Shown in pieces: positions 1 to 12,400 of a DNA stretch of 64,000 nucleotides; within the stretch, counting starts at the first letter, position 1; the number at the start of each line of letters is the position of its first letter. The notes under the pieces were generated by a model. That model made no database searches. It was not told where the DNA came from and saw nothing but the letters and a program-made list of their open reading frames with translations. This DNA is from Obrimoposthia wandeli (Eukaryota). A program made the position numbers and the translations under genes. The stretch is from NCBI GenBank assembly GCA_977020255.1, contig CDROCS010000410.1:1-64000 (forward strand), written 5' to 3'.

Positions 1-56
1 ACTGGCAAACCATATTCAGCAAAAAGTTGTTTTGCCTGATACTCATGCAGATTCAT
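1..56 (-). CDS. sucC: Succinyl-CoA synthetase beta subunit, 5' end only (runs off the window)
   Basis: Not in the ORF track. Reverse complement of 1-56 reads MNLHEYQAKQLFAEYGLP, the canonical SucC N-terminus, directly downstream of sucB. Confidence 0.95.
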   Translation of the reverse strand, partial: MNLHEYQAKQLFAEYGLP

Positions 57-166
57 GCTCGTATATCCATGTTAATAGCCACTTGGGCTTGTCCCGGGAA
101 CTTACGCCTCGATATAAGGCGTAAGCAACTTAAAAATTAATACTTATTATTATTTATTACTTAATA

Positions 167-1348
167 CTACACATCTAAAAGAAGACGAGTTGGGTCTTCT
201 AATAGATCTTTAATTGTTACTAAGAAACCAACAGATTCTTTACCATCAACCAAACGGTGATCATAAGAAAGTGCTAGGTACATCATAGGTTGAATTACAA
301 CTTGACCATCAACAGCCATTGGACGATCTTGGATTTTATGCATACCCAAGATTGCGCTTTGTGGTGGGTTGATGATAGGTGTAGACATCAATGAACCAAA
401 TACACCACCGTTTGTAACTGTGAAGTTACCACCAGTAAGATCTTCAATTGACAGTTTACCGTCACGACCTTTAAGTGCTAATTGGCGAATATTCTTTTCG
501 ATATCAGCAAGGCTCATGGTATCGCAATCGCGTAATACCGGCGTTACTAGACCACGCGGCGTTGAAATCGCGATGCTCACATCAAAGTAGTTGTGATAAA
601 CGATATCAGTACCATCGATTGAAGCGTTTACTTCAGGGTAGCGTTTTAGCGCTTCAACAACTGCTTTCACGTAGAAAGACATGAATCCTAAACGGATGCC
701 GTGACGCTCTTCGAAGATGTCTTTATACTGTTTACGAATATCCATGATAGGTTTCATGTTGATTTCGTTAAACGTTGTTAACATTGCCGTCGAGTTTTTA
801 GCTTCAAGCAGACGTTCAGCAATACGCTTACGAAGACGCGTCATCGCAACACGTTTTTCAGTACGACCGGCTTGTAGTGCAACTTCAACAACAGGTGCTG
901 GTGCAGCCGCTTTTGGCGCTGGAGCAGCAGGTGCTAATGCTTTTTCAACATCTTCTTTGGTGATTAAACCATTTTTGCCAGTACCAGCAATTTTAGATGC
1001 ATCTAAACCTTTTTCTGCAATAAGGCGACGTACAGCAGGACTTGCGTCTACTGATTCTTCGCTTGCAGCAGCAGGCTTATCTTTTGTTTCTTCACCAGCA
1101 ACTGCGCCAACTTTTAAACGACCAATAACTTGTTGGCCAAGTACCGTTGCGCCTTCTTCTTCTAGAATTTCAACAAGAACACCAGATTCAACAGCTGGAA
1201 CTTCTAGAATAACTTTATCAGTTTCAATCTCAACAATTACTTCGTCACGTTCAACTGCATCGCCAGGGCGTTTGTGCCATGTTGCTACTGCAGCGTCAGC
1301 TACTGATTCAGGTAGTACAGGTACCACGATTTCGATTGTCATTTTCAT
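167..1348 (-). CDS. sucB: 2-oxoglutarate dehydrogenase E2, dihydrolipoamide succinyltransferase
   Basis: Lipoyl motif EIETDKV, E3-binding [14 protein letters not shown], catalytic YDHRLVDG. Alternative start at 1342 (MTIEI). Confidence 0.98.
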   Translation of the reverse strand: MKMTIEIVVPVLPESVADAAVATWHKRPGDAVERDEVIVEIETDKVILEVPAVESGVLVEILEEEGATVLGQQVIGRLKVGAVAGEETKDKPAAASEESVDASPAVRRLIAEKGLDASKIAGTGKNGLITKEDVEKALAPAAPAPKAAAPAPVVEVALQAGRTEKRVAMTRLRKRIAERLLEAKNSTAMLTTFNEINMKPIMDIRKQYKDIFEERHGIRLGFMSFYVKAVVEALKRYPEVNASIDGTDIVYHNYFDVSIAISTPRGLVTPVLRDCDTMSLADIEKNIRQLALKGRDGKLSIEDLTGGNFTVTNGGVFGSLMSTPIINPPQSAILGMHKIQDRPMAVDGQVVIQPMMYLALSYDHRLVDGKESVGFLVTIKDLLEDPTRLLLDV

Positions 1349-1363
1349 AATTCCTTTAATAAA

Positions 1364-4180
1364 CTATTTCTGCGCAACAGTTAAAGCATCTTCAATAAGT
1401 GCTAGCTGTTGTTTTGTATGTACAGACATATAACCGACTGCCGGTGATGCAGATGCAGCACGTCCAGCGTAACTTAGTTTCGCGCCTTGCGGAATAGATT
1501 CCCAGTAGTGATGCTGACTTGAATACCAAGCACCCTGATTCTGAGGTTCTTCCTGACACCAAACAAACTGTTCTACATGTTGATATTCTGCAAAGACAGC
1601 TGCAATTTCCGCATGTGGGAAAGGATAAAGCTGTTCAATACGTACAATAGCAACATCAGTTTGACCCGTTTTACGACGTGTTTCGAGTAAATCGAAATAC
1701 ACTTTACCGCTACACATTACAACGCGTTTAACTTGCGTTGGGTCAAGTTCGTCAATTTCACCGATAACATTTTGGAACGTACCTTCAGCTAGCTCAGACA
1801 AAGTCGATATAGCAAGAGGATGACGTAACAATGATTTTGGTGTCATTACGATAAGTGGACGACGCATAGGACGTACAGTTTGACGACGAAGCATATGGTA
1901 AACTTGCGCAGGTGTACTAGGTACACACACTTGCCAGTTATGCTCAGCACACATTTGCATGTAACGTTCTAGACGTGCAGATGAATGCTCAGGACCTTGT
2001 CCTTCATAGCCATGTGGTAACATTACTGTTAGACCACACATACGACCCCATTTCTGTTCACCAGAAGAAAGGAATTGATCGAATACAACTTGTGCACCAT
2101 TGGCGAAATCACCAAATTGTGCTTCCCAAATAGTCAAACCACTTGGTTCCGTTGTCGCATAACCATATTCAAATGCTAATACCGCTTCTTCAGATAACAC
2201 TGAATCGTGGATAGTTAGCTCACCTTGTTCAGGTTTTAGATTCGCTAATGGTGTATACGTACTCGCGTCTTCTTGGTTATGAACAACAGCATGACGATGG
2301 AAGAAAGTACCACGGCCAACATCTTGCCCCGTAATACGTACTTTGTAGTTATCATCAAGTAATGTTGCATAAGCTAATGTTTCAGCAAAACCCCAATCAC
2401 ACGCTTTTTCACCGTTTGCCATCGCCACACGATCGTTATAAATCTTCTGTACACGAGATTGAATCTTGTGTCCTTCAGGAACAGTCGTCATTTTGATTGC
2501 AAGATCTGTCAGGGTTTGTTGCGGCACCTGAGATTGGTACGGCATATCCCATTCATGTTTTAAGTACGGGTTCCAATCAACAGAGTGCTGTTGCATTGGG
2601 CGCCATTCTTTAACCACACATTCGCCGCCATCAAGCTGGTCACGATATCCATTAATGAAACCAGTCGCTTCAGCAGCATCAATAACTGCTTCATTAACAA
2701 GTTGATCTGCATAGATCTTACGTGGTGTTGGGTGCTGTTTAATTTTTTTGTACATTAATGGTTGCGTTGCACTTGGCTCATCAGCTTCATTATGGCCGTG
2801 GCGGCGATAACAAACTAAATCAATAACAACATCACGCTTAAATGTATTACGGAAATCAAGCGCTATTTGTGTAACCAATACAACTGCTTCAGGATCATCT
2901 GCATTCACATGGAAGATAGGTGCCTGAACCATTTTTGCGATATCCGTACAGTATTCTGTCGAACGCATATCTTTTGGATTTGACGTTGTAAAACCAACTT
3001 GGTTATTCACAACAATACGTACTGTACCACCGATGCCATAAGCGCGTGTTTGCGACATATTAAATGTCTCAGCAACAACACCTTGACCAGCAATTGCAGA
3101 ATCACCATGAATTGTAATCGCCAGTACTTCATCACCATTTGTGCTACCAAGACGTTCTTGACGTGCACGAACAGATCCCATCACTACTGGGTTAACAATT
3201 TCTAAATGCGATGGATTAAACGCAAGTGCTAAATGAACATTACCGCCTGGGGTATGAAAATCAGAGCTAAAACCTTGATGATACTTAACATCACCCGCTC
3301 CCCATACGTCGCTGTGTTTACCAGCAAATTCATCAAATAGGTCGGCTGGTTTTTTACCCAGCACGTTAACCAGCATATTAAGTCTGCCGCGATGCGCCAT
3401 ACCAATAACAGCTTCTTTGATACCTTGTTCACCACTACGACGAATTAATTCTTTCATCATTGGAATTAGTGCATCACCACCCTCGAGGGAGAAACGTTTT
3501 GCACCAGGGAACTTAGCACCTAAGTATTTTTCTAGACCTTCGGCAGCCGTTAAGCTTTCCAAAAATCGTAATTTATCTTGTTTTTCAAATTCAGGGCTGC
3601 TTTCAACAGACTCTAAACGACTTTGAATCCAACGCTTTTCTTCTGTAGATACAATGTGCATATATTCCGCTGCAACTGAACCACAGTAAGTTTTTTGTAG
3701 CGAAGCATAAAGGTCACTTAGTTTCATGCTTTCTTGACCAATCGCGTATGAACCAACATTAAAGCTAGCATCAAAATCGGCATCAGAAAGTGTGTGATAT
3801 GCAGGGTCTAGATCTTGTACACGCTCACGAGCCCAAATACCTAATGGATCTAGGTTGGCATGCTGGTGACCACGGAAACGGAAAGCATTAATTAATTGTA
3901 ATACTCGAACCTGTTTCGAATCATTATGCGGGTCGCTTACTTGCGCTGCATAGCGAGAGGTATCTTTCGCAAGACGAATGAAATAATCCTTCACAGGACC
4001 ATGTGGAACTTCTTTAGTAGAATTATCAACTTTAGGTAGACCTAAAAATACAGTTTGCCATTCTTCGCCAACTGAATCAGGATCTGCTAAAAATTGCTCA
4101 TATAAATCTTCAATATATGTCTGGTTCGCACCGGCTAGATGAGAGGATTCTAACCAGGCTTTCATGACGTTATTCTGCAT
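1364..4180 (-). CDS. sucA: 2-oxoglutarate dehydrogenase E1
   Basis: 938 aa; GAKRFSLEGG, GMAHRGRLN, TPP-binding HGDSA..GQG, WEAQFGDF. Confidence 0.98.
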   Translation of the reverse strand: MQNNVMKAWLESSHLAGANQTYIEDLYEQFLADPDSVGEEWQTVFLGLPKVDNSTKEVPHGPVKDYFIRLAKDTSRYAAQVSDPHNDSKQVRVLQLINAFRFRGHQHANLDPLGIWARERVQDLDPAYHTLSDADFDASFNVGSYAIGQESMKLSDLYASLQKTYCGSVAAEYMHIVSTEEKRWIQSRLESVESSPEFEKQDKLRFLESLTAAEGLEKYLGAKFPGAKRFSLEGGDALIPMMKELIRRSGEQGIKEAVIGMAHRGRLNMLVNVLGKKPADLFDEFAGKHSDVWGAGDVKYHQGFSSDFHTPGGNVHLALAFNPSHLEIVNPVVMGSVRARQERLGSTNGDEVLAITIHGDSAIAGQGVVAETFNMSQTRAYGIGGTVRIVVNNQVGFTTSNPKDMRSTEYCTDIAKMVQAPIFHVNADDPEAVVLVTQIALDFRNTFKRDVVIDLVCYRRHGHNEADEPSATQPLMYKKIKQHPTPRKIYADQLVNEAVIDAAEATGFINGYRDQLDGGECVVKEWRPMQQHSVDWNPYLKHEWDMPYQSQVPQQTLTDLAIKMTTVPEGHKIQSRVQKIYNDRVAMANGEKACDWGFAETLAYATLLDDNYKVRITGQDVGRGTFFHRHAVVHNQEDASTYTPLANLKPEQGELTIHDSVLSEEAVLAFEYGYATTEPSGLTIWEAQFGDFANGAQVVFDQFLSSGEQKWGRMCGLTVMLPHGYEGQGPEHSSARLERYMQMCAEHNWQVCVPSTPAQVYHMLRRQTVRPMRRPLIVMTPKSLLRHPLAISTLSELAEGTFQNVIGEIDELDPTQVKRVVMCSGKVYFDLLETRRKTGQTDVAIVRIEQLYPFPHAEIAAVFAEYQHVEQFVWCQEEPQNQGAWYSSQHHYWESIPQGAKLSYAGRAASASPAVGYMSVHTKQQLALIEDALTVAQK

Positions 4181-4297
4181 TCTCTGCCCTTTTTACTTTA
4201 AATGTCCATCGCGCCAGAGATGGTAGCAAAGATTTCAAATTACTTGGCCATTCCCAACGGAATGACCATTGTAACTAAAAACTAACAAAAAACATTG

Positions 4298-5014
4298 CTA
4301 CACCGCACGTTGTAGTAACATAGATTTAATATTACCGATTGCTTTTGTAGGATTTAGACCTTTAGGACACACATTTACACAGTTCATAATACCGTGACAA
4401 CGGAATACACTAAACGCATCGTCTAATTCAGATAGACGTTGGTCTGTTGCTGAGTCACGACTATCAACTAAGAAACGATAAGCCGCTAATAAACCAGCAG
4501 GACCCACGAACTTATCAGGGTTCCACCAGAATGATGGGCATGACGTTGAACAACATGCACATAAGATACATTCATATAAACCATCCAACTTCGCACGATC
4601 TTCAGGTGACTGAAGGTTTTCGCGAGCCGGTGGAATAGCACTATCGTCTGTAATTAAGAACGGTTTAATACGTGCGTAGTTATCATAAAACTGCGACATA
4701 TCAATAACAAGATCTCGGACCACTGGTAAACCAGGTAGTGGACGAATAACAATCGTGTTGTTCATATTTAAATCAGACAGAGGCGTGATACATGCTAGGC
4801 CATTCTTGCCGTTCATGTTAACACCATCAGATCCACACACACCTTCACGACAAGAGCGACGGAATGATAATGATGCATCTTTTTCTTTTAACAGAATTAA
4901 CGCATCAAGCACCATCATGTCAGAACCTTCAGGTACTTCAAGGCTCATTTCTTTCATTTTAGGTTTGCTATCAACATCAGGGTTATAGCGATAAATTGAA
5001 AATTTAACTTGCAT
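4298..5014 (-). CDS. sdhB: Succinate dehydrogenase iron-sulfur subunit
   Basis: SCREGVCGSDG, CILCACCSTSCP and CHGIMNCVNVCP Fe-S motifs. Confidence 0.98.
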   Translation of the reverse strand: MQVKFSIYRYNPDVDSKPKMKEMSLEVPEGSDMMVLDALILLKEKDASLSFRRSCREGVCGSDGVNMNGKNGLACITPLSDLNMNNTIVIRPLPGLPVVRDLVIDMSQFYDNYARIKPFLITDDSAIPPARENLQSPEDRAKLDGLYECILCACCSTSCPSFWWNPDKFVGPAGLLAAYRFLVDSRDSATDQRLSELDDAFSVFRCHGIMNCVNVCPKGLNPTKAIGNIKSMLLQRAV

Positions 5015-5028
5015 AGGTATCCCTCAGG

Positions 5029-6810
5029 TTAATAAACACGTGCTTTTGGCACAAAGTGTTTCAACTGTTCTTCAGTCAATAAGTTAGGTGATAAGTTCAC
5101 TTCACGCGTAACCATTGTTTCTGATTCAGGTTGATACAGTGAATGGCACAACCAGTTCACATCATCACGATCTGGGTAATCAAAACGACTGTGTGCACCA
5201 CGGCTTTCCGTACGGAAGTTTGCAGCATGCGCAGTTGCATATGCAGTTTCCATCAGGTTATCCAGCTCTAGACATTCAATACGTTGAGTATTGAATTCTG
5301 TAGATGTGTCATCTAAGCGTGCATTTTGTAAACGTTTACGAATTGTACGTAACTCTTCAAGACCTTCAGCCATTGATTCGCCTTCACGGAATACCGAGAA
5401 GTTAAGTTGCATACATTGTTGTAAATCTTTACGAATTTGCGCAGGATCTTCACCGTCTTGATTATTTTCCCAACGGTTTAAACGTTCAAGCGATGCATCT
5501 ACGTTTGCGTCAGTTGCTTCTTGTGGCTCTGGAATAGTATCCAGCGCAGTACCAAGATAGTTACCAGCAGCACGACCAAATACAACCAAATCAAGTAATG
5601 AGTTACCACCTAAACGGTTTGCACCATGTACGGATACACAAGCAATTTCACCAACAGCAAATAAACCAGCAACAACTTCCATGTTGCCTTCTTCATTGCG
5701 TGTTAGTACTTCACCGTTAACATTCGCAGGTAAACCGCCCATCATGTAGTGACATGTTGGAATTACTGGAATTGGTTCTTTTACTGGATCAACGTGAGCA
5801 AACGTACGAGATAGTTCACAAATACCTGGTAGACGTGACTCAAGTACTTCTTCGCCAAGGTGATCAAGTTTCAATTTAAGGTGTGGACCCCAAGGACCAT
5901 CACACGCACGACCTTCGCGGATTTCAGTCATCATTGAACGAGCAACAACGTCACGACCAGCAAGATCTTTTGCGTTTGGCGCATAACGTTCCATGAAACG
6001 TTCGCCATCTTTATTTAGTAAGTAACCGCCTTCACCACGACAACCTTCAGTTACAAGTACACCAGCACCTGCAATACCAGTCGGGTGGAACTGCCACATT
6101 TCCATATCTTGTACTGGGATACCAGCACGAATAGCCATACCAACACCGTCACCAGTATTAATGTGTGCATTCGTTGTAGAAGAATAGATTCGACCTGCGC
6201 CGCCAGTTGCAAATACAGTCGCTTTAGACTTGAAGTAACAGATTTCACCTGTTTCAATGTCCATCGCTGTACAACCAGTGATAATACCTTCGTCATTTTT
6301 AACGAGGTCTAACGCATACCATTCAGAAAAAACTTTCGTTTCATTCTTAATGTTTTGTTGATATAGAAGATGAAGCAATGCATGACCAGTACGATCGGCT
6401 GCTGCAGCTGTACGAGCCGCTTGTGCGCCACCGTATGCTAAAGACTGACCACCAAATGGACGTTGGTAAATAGTACCATCTTCAAAACGTGAGAATGGTA
6501 GACCCATATGCTCAAGTTCTAAAATTGCTTCAGGACCCGTTTTACACATAAATTCGATAGCGTCTTGGTCACCGATATAATCAGAACCTTTAACAGTATC
6601 GTACATGTGCCATGTCCAATCATCTTCGTGTGAATTACCTAAAGCAACGGTAATACCACCTTGAGCAGATACGGTATGTGAACGAGTTGGAAAAACTTTA
6701 GATAAAAGTGCACAACTTTTACCTGACTTAGATATTGATAGCGCAGCACGCATACCAGCACCACCGGCGCCAATAACTACTGCATCAAATTCGCGAACTG
6801 GAATACTCAC
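5029..6810 (-). CDS. sdhA: Succinate dehydrogenase flavoprotein subunit
   Basis: GAGGAG dinucleotide motif, covalent-FAD [23 protein letters not shown]; GTG start abuts the sdhD stop. Confidence 0.98.
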   Translation of the reverse strand: MSIPVREFDAVVIGAGGAGMRAALSISKSGKSCALLSKVFPTRSHTVSAQGGITVALGNSHEDDWTWHMYDTVKGSDYIGDQDAIEFMCKTGPEAILELEHMGLPFSRFEDGTIYQRPFGGQSLAYGGAQAARTAAAADRTGHALLHLLYQQNIKNETKVFSEWYALDLVKNDEGIITGCTAMDIETGEICYFKSKATVFATGGAGRIYSSTTNAHINTGDGVGMAIRAGIPVQDMEMWQFHPTGIAGAGVLVTEGCRGEGGYLLNKDGERFMERYAPNAKDLAGRDVVARSMMTEIREGRACDGPWGPHLKLKLDHLGEEVLESRLPGICELSRTFAHVDPVKEPIPVIPTCHYMMGGLPANVNGEVLTRNEEGNMEVVAGLFAVGEIACVSVHGANRLGGNSLLDLVVFGRAAGNYLGTALDTIPEPQEATDANVDASLERLNRWENNQDGEDPAQIRKDLQQCMQLNFSVFREGESMAEGLEELRTIRKRLQNARLDDTSTEFNTQRIECLELDNLMETAYATAHAANFRTESRGAHSRFDYPDRDDVNWLCHSLYQPESETMVTREVNLSPNLLTEEQLKHFVPKARVY

Positions 6811-7155
6811 TTATAACCCCCAAAGAACAACAAAACCAACAAGCGCATAAATAAATGCAGTGGTTGTTAGAACAAACTGTAATGCACCACGTAAACCAGT
6901 TGATTTAACATAGTCAGTTAATACCTGCCATACACCAATCCACGCGTGGATGACGAGAGCGATAAGGGTAAGAAGGGTGAATACTTTATTGCCAGTACTT
7001 GCAAAAAAATCAGACCATACTTGATAAGTAAGGTCGTTAAATGCAACGAAACCAACAAAATAAAATGTATAAAGTGCCATGATAATGGCAGTCGCACGGA
7101 TCATGATAAAATCATGTGTACCACTGCGGCCATAACTTGCTGCGTTAGTTACCAT
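6811..7155 (-). CDS. sdhD: Succinate dehydrogenase membrane anchor subunit D
   Basis: MVTNAASYGRSG..RATA, HAWIGVWQVLTDY; operon position. Confidence 0.95.
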   Translation of the reverse strand: MVTNAASYGRSGTHDFIMIRATAIIMALYTFYFVGFVAFNDLTYQVWSDFFASTGNKVFTLLTLIALVIHAWIGVWQVLTDYVKSTGLRGALQFVLTTTAFIYALVGFVVLWGL

Positions 7156-7535
7156 ACCATTATCCCCGCTAGGATTGATAAAACAACGGTTGCAACAAAA
7201 GATACTTTCGCACTTAATGCACCCGATTCAAGCTCTTCAAAATAACCCATGTCCATCAATAAATGACGGATACCACCAGCAATATGATATGCCAGTGCAG
7301 TTAGGATTCCCCAAAGAATGAATGTACCAAAGAAACCAGACACAATTTCTTGTGCATTTTGGAAACCTTGTTCAGAAGATAATGATTCTGCTAGTAACCA
7401 CAACAGGATACCCACAGCAAACAGCATTATTACACCAGAGATACGGTGTAGAATCGATGCGATTGCTGTGATTGGCATGTTTATAGTCTGCAGATCTAAA
7501 TTTACAGGTCTTTGCTTTTTCACGATATCGCTCAC
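7149..7535 (-). CDS. sdhC: Succinate dehydrogenase cytochrome b556 subunit C
   Basis: KQRPVNLDL, SILHRISG, HIAGGIRHL; GTG start after GGAG. Confidence 0.95.
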   Translation of the reverse strand: MSDIVKKQRPVNLDLQTINMPITAIASILHRISGVIMLFAVGILLWLLAESLSSEQGFQNAQEIVSGFFGTFILWGILTALAYHIAGGIRHLLMDMGYFEELESGALSAKVSFVATVVLSILAGIMVW

Positions 7536-7835
7536 TCAGCTCCATTGAGCATTATTATTATTATGATACGGATCACAGAATTGTATTATTTTCATAACAA
7601 ATTCCTTTCAAATGAAAGCCCTTGTTTATTTCTTGTTCAAAACACAAATAAAATAATGATTATAAGCACTTACATCATTAGAACAAAATTAAAACAAGGA
7701 CTCTTAATCCGTGTATAAGTATACCTACATCACAATTTATTTACAATTATAAAAGGTCTCCACGCAACATTTACGTCAGAATTGAAACATAGGTTAACCT
7801 TTTAGTGTTTTTTCTTTGATTATTCTGCAACAAAA

Positions 7836-7864
7836 TTGACATTACTAAATATTAAAGGTAGCTT
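7836..7864 (+). promoter_or_regulatory. Candidate sigma70 promoter for gltA
   Basis: TTGACA (7836-7841), 17-nt spacer, TAGCTT (7859-7864), upstream of the gltA ATG at 7919. Confidence 0.45.
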
Positions 7865-7918
7865 TGACATCGAATTTCATGAAGAAATCTAATTATAAAT
7901 AAGCAAAGGAGACGTGCT

Positions 7919-9208
7919 ATGGCTAATCAAAAGGCCACGTTAAACCTACCCGGCCAAGAGCCAGTTGAATTTCCAATTTTATCTGGTACAGCTGGTCACG
8001 ATGTTATCGACATTCGTACCCTAGGTAGTAAAGGATATTTCACCCATGATCCAGGTTTTATGGCAACGTCATCGTGTGAGTCGAAGATTACTTATATTGA
8101 TGGTGTAGAAGGTATCCTACTACATCGCGGTTACGCTATTGATGATTTAGCATTTAATGCGGATTATTTAGAAGTTTGTTATATTATTCTTTACGGTGAT
8201 GCACCGACTAAAGAACAGTATGAAGCTTTCAAAGCAACAGTACATAAACATACAATGGTGCACGAGCAATTCGCATCATTCTTCAAAGGTTTCCGTCGTG
8301 ATTCACACCCGATGTCGATTCTTTGTGGCGTATCTGGCGCACTTGCAGCGTTTTATCATGATTCACTAGACGTTACTAACCAACGTCACCGTGAAATCTC
8401 GGCATTCCGTTTATTATCAAAAATGCCAACAATTGCTGCAATGTGTTACAAGTATTCAATTGGTCAACCTTTTGTATACCCAGACAACAGCCTTTCATAC
8501 GCTGGTAACTTCCTTAAAATGATGTTCTCAGTACCATGTGAAGAATATGTAGTTAATCCTGTTGTTGAAACAGCGATGGACCGTATCTTTACATTGCATG
8601 CAGACCATGAACAAAATGCATCGACCTCTACAGTTCGACTTGCTGGTTCATCAGGCGCTAACCCATTTGCATGTATTGCAGCGGGTATTGCTTCACTTTG
8701 GGGTCCTGCTCACGGTGGCGCAAACGAAGCGTGTCTAACTATGCTTGAAGAAATCGGCAGCGTTGATCGTATTCCTGAGTTTATCGCTCGTGCGAAAGAC
8801 AAAGATGACCCGTTCCGTCTAATGGGCTTTGGTCACCGAGTTTATAAAAACAAAGATCCACGTGCTACAGTAATGCGTAAGAGCTGTCACGAAGTACTTA
8901 GTGAATTAAACATCGATGATCCACTATTAGATGTAGCAATGGAACTTGAGCGTATTGCGCTTGAAGACCCTTACTTCATCGAGAAGAAACTATATCCAAA
9001 TGTAGATTTCTACTCGGGCATCACGTTACGTGCAATTGGTATTCCAGTTTCTATGTTTACGGTTATTTTTGCATTAGGCCGTACTGTAGGTTGGATTGCA
9101 CATTGGAACGAAATGTTAAGTCAACCTGGACAGAAAATTGGTCGTCCTCGTCAGTTATATACTGGTGAAGCGCACCGTCCATTTGAGTCACTAGCTGACC
9201 GCGACTAA
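7919..9208 (+). CDS. gltA: Type II citrate synthase
   Basis: [45 protein letters not shown]; divergent from sdhC as in enterobacteria and vibrios. Confidence 0.98.
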   Translation: MANQKATLNLPGQEPVEFPILSGTAGHDVIDIRTLGSKGYFTHDPGFMATSSCESKITYIDGVEGILLHRGYAIDDLAFNADYLEVCYIILYGDAPTKEQYEAFKATVHKHTMVHEQFASFFKGFRRDSHPMSILCGVSGALAAFYHDSLDVTNQRHREISAFRLLSKMPTIAAMCYKYSIGQPFVYPDNSLSYAGNFLKMMFSVPCEEYVVNPVVETAMDRIFTLHADHEQNASTSTVRLAGSSGANPFACIAAGIASLWGPAHGGANEACLTMLEEIGSVDRIPEFIARAKDKDDPFRLMGFGHRVYKNKDPRATVMRKSCHEVLSELNIDDPLLDVAMELERIALEDPYFIEKKLYPNVDFYSGITLRAIGIPVSMFTVIFALGRTVGWIAHWNEMLSQPGQKIGRPRQLYTGEAHRPFESLADRD

Positions 9209-9236
9209 GACAAACGTTACGTTAAAATAATATAGT

Positions 9237-9270
9237 AAAAGGCCTCTGGATTTATTCAGAGGCCTTTTTT
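9237..9270. terminator. Bidirectional intrinsic terminator between gltA and crbS
   Basis: AAAAGGCCTCTG-gatttatt-CAGAGGCCTTTTTT; 12-bp stem with A and T tails between convergent genes. Confidence 0.85.
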
Positions 9271-9273
9271 ATT

Positions 9274-9339
9274 ACAACCATTCCAGCTATCAACCCACTA
9301 CATATCTGCAATCACAACCATTCCAAATATCAAGCCACT
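9274..9339. repeat. Degenerate direct repeat, 26 nt x2, 40-nt period
   Basis: acaaccattccagctatcaacccact (9274) vs acaaccattccaaatatcaagccact (9314): 23/26 identical. Confidence 0.7.
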
Positions 9340-9445
9340 TCATCACAGCATGCTAAGCCATTACAGCAATTCAAGATAAGCATGGAAAAGGAATAGTAAT
9401 ACTTCCCTACTCCTCACTAACCATTAACTGCTATTCAATAAGCTA

Positions 9446-12400
9446 CTACCGAATAAACTGTGTTTGTAATGTTTCAGTTAACTGCGCACTCATCATCGCT
9501 CGTAACGCTGCTGGCTTAACCAGTTTACGCAATAAGCCAACTTTAGCTGCAGCAGCCTTATCCGCAATACCGGACTCAGTCGTAGCCGTAATTAAGATCG
9601 CTGGTGTAGTTGGGTTAATCTCTCTTAATTGTGAGATTAAAGTCAGTCCATCTTCACCATTATCTAATTGATAATCGACTAATAGAATATCGAAATCACA
9701 TTGCTTAAATAACGCCTTAGCACTGGCAATTGAGTTCGCCCCATACACTTCACAATCCCAGCTGCTCATTAGCTCCAGCATGCCTTCCAGAATAGCCGGA
9801 TTGTTATCTATACACAGTACAGCGGTGCCAGTAAGATCTGTGGGTGTAAACACGGGTGTAATATGATCTTGTTGTAATGCCGTAGCTTCACTCAATTGCA
9901 AACTAAAGCGACAGCCTCTTCCTTCAATCGAATCCAGTGTCAGTTGATGTTGCAGCAATACCGATAGGCTGTTACAAATACTCAGGCCCAACCCTAAGCC
10001 ATCATTCGAACCATTGTTATCCTCCAATTGACTGAATTGTTCGAATACCTTAGCCTGATTCTTCGCCGCAATACCAGGTCCATTATCCAATAACTGAATA
10101 CTTAATTGACCACTTTTACGACGGCAACCGAGCAATACTCGCCCAGGACTGGCATAGCGAAAGGCATTACCAATTAGATTTTGTAAAATGCGACGTAGCA
10201 GGTGTTTATCAGTATTAACCCAATGCTTTGTCGGCATAATGGTAAAAATCACCCCATGTTGCTTTGCCGCTGCTGAAAATTCCTTCGCGAGCTGACTAAA
10301 TAAATCATTCAAAGCAAATGTTTCAATATGTGGTTTAATACTACCACTCTCAATTCGAGCAACTTCCGCTAAATTAACAATCATTTCGTTTGCTACCTTT
10401 AACGATAAATCGATACTACTGACCTGACGTTGCTGGTTTTCATTTAACGTTGACTGACTCGCCAATGCTGATGTAAACAAGCGCGCCGCTTCAAGTGGTT
10501 GTAACAAGTCATGGCTACACACTTGCAGATAATGGCTTTTCTTACTTAAGGCTTCATCAGCAACAATCCTTGCCTTCGCTAGCTCTTTATTGGCTTTTTC
10601 TAGCTTTTGAGTACGCTCTGTAACTCGTGTTTCGAGATCTTGATTGGCCTCTTTTAATACCTGTTCTGCTTGTCTGAATGCAGTAATATCAGAAAAAACC
10701 ATTAAGAACCCGCCATCCGGTAAGGGGTTTCCTTCGATTCGAATGACCTTACCGTCTTCACGTAAACGCTCAGAATTATGTGATTTTCTTAAACGTAGGA
10801 AATCGAGACGTTTCCTTACATGTGCTTCAATGTCCCCACCACCGCACAAACCACGCTCAGCATTAAAGCGAATAAGTGACTCAACCGGGCAACCAACGCT
10901 GAGAATATCGTCAGGATAATTAAATAATTCCGCATACTGATTATTCCAAGCGACTAATTCAAGTTCATCATTGACGATCGAGATCCCATCTCTGGTATTT
11001 TCTATCGCGCTTTTCAGCAAGTTCTGACTAAATTCTTGTCGATGACTGGATGCATTGCCGACTAAAGTAGCCAGTTCATCTAATGCAAAATCATGTCCAT
11101 CTAATGCCGAATTGAGCACTAAGCGTGCAGATGACGAGCCCATTACACTCGATAACACTTTCTCGGCATGCTCAAGTGCATATTCCGATTTTTCCTTAAC
11201 GGTATACCCTAGCGTGATCGCGACCTGTTCAAAAGCCTGAAAACTTTTAGATGCCTTCTCATTGCCTACAAATTGCGCGGTGAGTAACAATAATTCATCA
11301 ACTGATATAGCTGGTCTTTTTGACTTAGCCTTACGCTTACTTTCAACTAACGAGGGTGGTAACTGCCTTTTTAAGAACAAGGCCCCTTGGATACGCTCTT
11401 GAATACTGGTTCTCGTCACGAGCGATATCAGGATCATCGCGACAACATTAACGGTTAAACACAGTAAGTTAATCGCCGTTGAGCTGGCAAAAAAGGTACC
11501 CTGTAATGGCCCTTGGTAGAAGCCTAACTGCGGTAAAAAGTTAAATATAGTCCACAATGAAAAGCCCAGACTGATACCAGTAAACACCCCTTTCAATGTA
11601 GCGCGTCGCCAATAAAAAGCCGCTACTAAAGCAGGTGTAAGCTGTGCTAATGCACCTAATGCCGTAGCACCTAAGCTCGCTAATGCCGTTGGCGGGATAA
11701 ACAAAAACACCAGATAACTCAGAAAAATAACAAACAACACTAACACTTTACGAATGTTAAGCAGCTTTAATCTAAAGGCATTGTACTGGGTTGGATGCTT
11801 ATTCTTTTTAAACAAAAACGGAAAAACGATTTCATTACTAAGCATAGTGCTCAAGGCAATCGTGGATACGATCACCATCGAACTCGCCGCTGAGATCGCG
11901 CCCAAGAATGCAAACAAGGTTAGCCACGTTTGATCTTGATACCAAGGTAGCACCAGTACATACATATCCGCAGGGACGCTATTGCCCAGAAGTAAATACC
12001 CCGCTAACCCCAGTGGCGCCGAGAAAAACGCAAACACCAATAAGTATAATGGGAATACACGGCGACTCAGCCAAGCATCTTGTTCATCACGCAACTCGAC
12101 AATCATGACGTGAAACTGCCTTGGCAAGACAAAAAAAGCGGCCATAACAATAATAATCATACCAAACATGGCACTTAAATCAGGAAATTGTAAGGCACTG
12201 GCTAAGTCAGCATTAGCACTTGCTTGCTGCCAAATATCTTGTGGTGAATCAAAGACAATATAACAAATGAAAATACCAACACTGGCAAAAGCTATAATTT
12301 TAACCAAAGCCTCAAACGCAATTGCCAGCATAATACCGGGATGTCGCTCTGTGACATCAATATTACGAATACCAAATAAGATACTAAAACCAGCCAGTAC

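Noticed and set aside
717-1433. 238-aa plus-strand ORF antisense to sucB, and similar shadow ORFs (e.g. 18754-19068, 34512-34928, 52395-52787, 57596-58252, 58256-58645)
   Set aside because: Entirely or mostly opposite well-supported genes; Ser/Thr/Ala-rich mirror composition is expected from biased codon usage; no RBS or motifs.
9274-9339. Possible mini-CRISPR array
   Set aside because: Only two imperfect repeats with a 14-nt gap, no palindrome and no cas genes.
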